Shown: piece after piece, positions 8,392 to 10,204 of the stretch | Position numbering within the stretch: the first letter of the stretch is position 1 | How the letters are laid out: every line of letters starts with the position of its first letter | Source of the DNA: Octopus sinensis | Taxonomy: Eukaryota | Length of the DNA stretch: 10,204 nt | Direction: 5' to 3' | Assembly: GCF_006345805.1 (NCBI RefSeq) | Contig: NW_021827610.1 | Location: 1-10,204 of the forward strand | Program-made: the position numbers and the translations under genes | The notes under the pieces: model-generated | Databases searched by the model: none | Told to the model about the DNA's origin: nothing | What the model saw: only the letters and a program-made list of their open reading frames with translations

Positions 8392-8575
8392 GAACCACCC
8401 AGCGAACTTCCACCATGGGTCACCACAATTGCTTAAGGTAAAAATGAATTCCTCGCTCTTTCGGAAACATCAATCTTCTGTATTGACCGCTTTCCACCAC
8501 TTTGATCTGTTTTTTGTATTGAATACGTATCGCCACCGTGGGCCACTGCATCGAACACTTTGAACATATACTTCA

Positions 8576-8623
8576 AACTATATATCAACTATACATGAAC
8601 TATATATCAACTATACATGAACT
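8576..8623. repeat. Perfect 22-bp tandem duplication
   Basis: AACTATATATCAACTATACATG at 8576-8597 and 8598-8619, followed by AACT. Confidence 0.95.
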
Positions 8624-8801
8624 CTAAGATGTCTGACTCCGTGTGTATTATAAATGAATTTCTTGTGTTTGACGGCATGAGCTGTTTTTTTTATATATAA
8701 CTTTTTTTGATAAGGTTCATTTCAGGAACTGAAACATGTTATAATGTATATATAAAAATTAAAAATTGTATAATACAGCAGCATTTTCGAACTTCATTTT
8801 T

Positions 8802-8803
<2 letters not shown>

Positions 8804-8846
<43 letters not shown>
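8804..8846. repeat. (TA)n microsatellite
   Basis: Read directly from the sequence. Confidence 0.97.
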
Positions 8847-8849
<3 letters not shown>

Positions 8850-9131
8850 GCTGATACTAGTACCATCTGATTGGCACATAAATAGCACCATTCAAGCATG
8901 GTCGTTTTCAGTACCACCTGATTGACTCCTGTGCCAGTGGCAGATAAAAAGCACCATTTGAGTGTGGTCGATGGCACCCACTACACTCTTGGAGAGGTTG
9001 TCATTAGGAAGGGCATCCAGCTGTAGAGACTTTGCCAGATCAGATTGGAGCCTGGTACAGCCTTCTGGCTTGCCAGTCCTCAGTCAAACTGTCCAACCCA
9101 TGCCAGTATGGAAAGCAGACGCTAAACGACA

Positions 9132-9166
<35 letters not shown>
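8847..9166 (+). mobile_element. 5'-truncated SINE-like retroposon with internal tandem units and (GAT)n tail
   Basis: Two diverged GTACCA.CTGATTG...AAA.AGCACCATT..AG..TGGTCG units are followed by AGGAAGGGCATCCAGCTGTAGA...AACCCATGCCAGTATGGAAAGCAGACGCTAAACG and (GAT)n at 9133-9166. It matches an abundant octopus retroposon 3' part from memory; unverified. Confidence 0.7.
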
Positions 9167-9376
9167 ATAAAAACCAAAACAATTACAAAGAATATGGAGA
9201 CTGGTAATCTTCAATTTTTTTTTTTTGATTTATCAGTTAATTACACAGCAAAATCAGTTAGGTATTAGTTAGTTAAAATGACTAACTAATTCTGCTTTAT
9301 AATTAACTGTTAAATTAAAAGCAAAATTTGAAGATGTACCAGTCTCCATGTTCATTATAATTGTTTTGGATTTACA
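9166..9376. repeat. Near-complete ~200-bp palindrome (fold-back element / MITE candidate)
   Basis: CCAAAACAATTA..ATGGAGACTGGTA.ATCTTCAA..CAGTTAATTA..AGCA..TTAGTTAGT from 9174 is mirrored inward from 9369; central loop of only ~7 nt. Confidence 0.9.
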
Positions 9377-9987
9377 CTCCTGAAAATATTCGTAATTCAG
9401 TGAAGCAAACCCAGGTTAACCCAATAGAAGAAGTATAGTGGAATTGCCCACCCTAAGCAATCCTTGATGTTTCTTACCATTTGATGTGGTTAGCTGGAAC
9501 CTGGATTATACCTGAGAGTTCTTATGGTACCCAGTTGGGTAATTTATCCATATATATGCATGAATTTAATTGTTTTCCATACTTACAGTTGAAAAGTCTC
9601 AATGACTGAAACCGGTACTGAAATGTTTTTTATAAAATAATTTTAGCATTTCTATCTTAACTATTTTTTCAATATATATATCTTAGAGTTCATATGATTG
9701 TGGACAGCTAAATATATAAGTCAATGAAACTCCAACATAGTCTGGTTTGCGCATTTTATTTTTGCATGTTTTACAATTTTACAGTATTATGATATTACTT
9801 GTTATGATAAAACAAGTACTATCATGCTGCCTAAAATTTTATAAGGGATTATTTAGTAGCAGTATTAACCAACAGTTGTGTCTCAACATTGATAACAATG
9901 GTGTAAGGCTTAAATTTGGCCTTTAAATATTTTCCAGTAGGCTCCAGCAAGCTGTTTCTTATGAACTGTATTTTCACTATAGTTGAT

Positions 9988-10116
9988 ATTGATAGTATCT
10001 TATTCATAAGAACTTTTTAACCAATCAGTATTTGGCTTAGCTATCATGACCTGGTTAGCACACCAACACAGTTCACATTGACAGCATCTTATTCATAAAT
10101 ACCTTTTAACCAGTCA
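9988..10116. repeat. 40-bp imperfect direct repeat, period 89
   Basis: 9988-10027 vs 10077-10116, 34/40 identical without gaps. Confidence 0.75.
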
Positions 10117-10204
10117 ACATGCAACGAAATAATTGTGAAGCATAACCGTTAGGTAATACTGCTACTATATAAACCTGAAGATTGCAGAAAGTATGAAAGT
10201 ACTT

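Larger units (their letters stand above)
5988..8690 (+). mobile_element. Penelope-like element (PLE), probably Neptune group, 5'-truncated, with ~950 bp 3' non-coding/pseudo-LTR region
   Basis: RT followed by a C-terminal GIY-YIG nuclease is diagnostic of PLEs. The region is A/C-rich and keeps its CpGs, unlike the flanks. The 3' boundary is estimated from where that composition ends (about +/-100 bp). Confidence 0.88.

Noticed and set aside
8440-8500. Minus-strand CAGAAGA...CCGAAAG as a second hammerhead candidate
   Set aside because: The core has A in place of the essential U, and stems I-III do not pair.
9475-9620. Two minus-strand donor-like sites (GTAAGT near 9587, GTAAGA near 9478) suggesting 31- and 34-bp exons (YRFQSLRLFNCIIQVPANHIK)
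   Set aside because: The acceptors are mediocre, an equally good + strand acceptor overlaps them, and the peptide is unrecognised; cannot be supported without RNA data.

Overview
Very AT-rich, microsatellite-dense eukaryotic DNA. It looks like intronic or intergenic sequence of a mollusc, most likely an octopus; that taxon guess comes from my recollection of the SINE families and repeat load, not from a database search. I recognise no host gene. The main element is a 5'-truncated Penelope-like retrotransposon (+ strand, ~5988-8690) with a frameshifted RT + GIY-YIG endonuclease ORF (5988-7735). Its 3' non-coding region holds a structured promoter-like block: six ATTGG-N9-TGATGACGTC units (four exact, two degenerate), then a TATA box, an initiator-like site, a Kozak ATG and a splice donor. 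Around it are CR1-group LINE 3' fragments, several tRNA-derived SINE copies, a Helentron-like non-autonomous element and three clear fold-back structures. One of these is a ~230-260 bp inverted duplication that appears to have been copied into a SINE. Most ORFs in the supplied track are microsatellite artefacts. I see no convincing new biological system; the PLE promoter array and the templated inverted insertion are the most worth following up.
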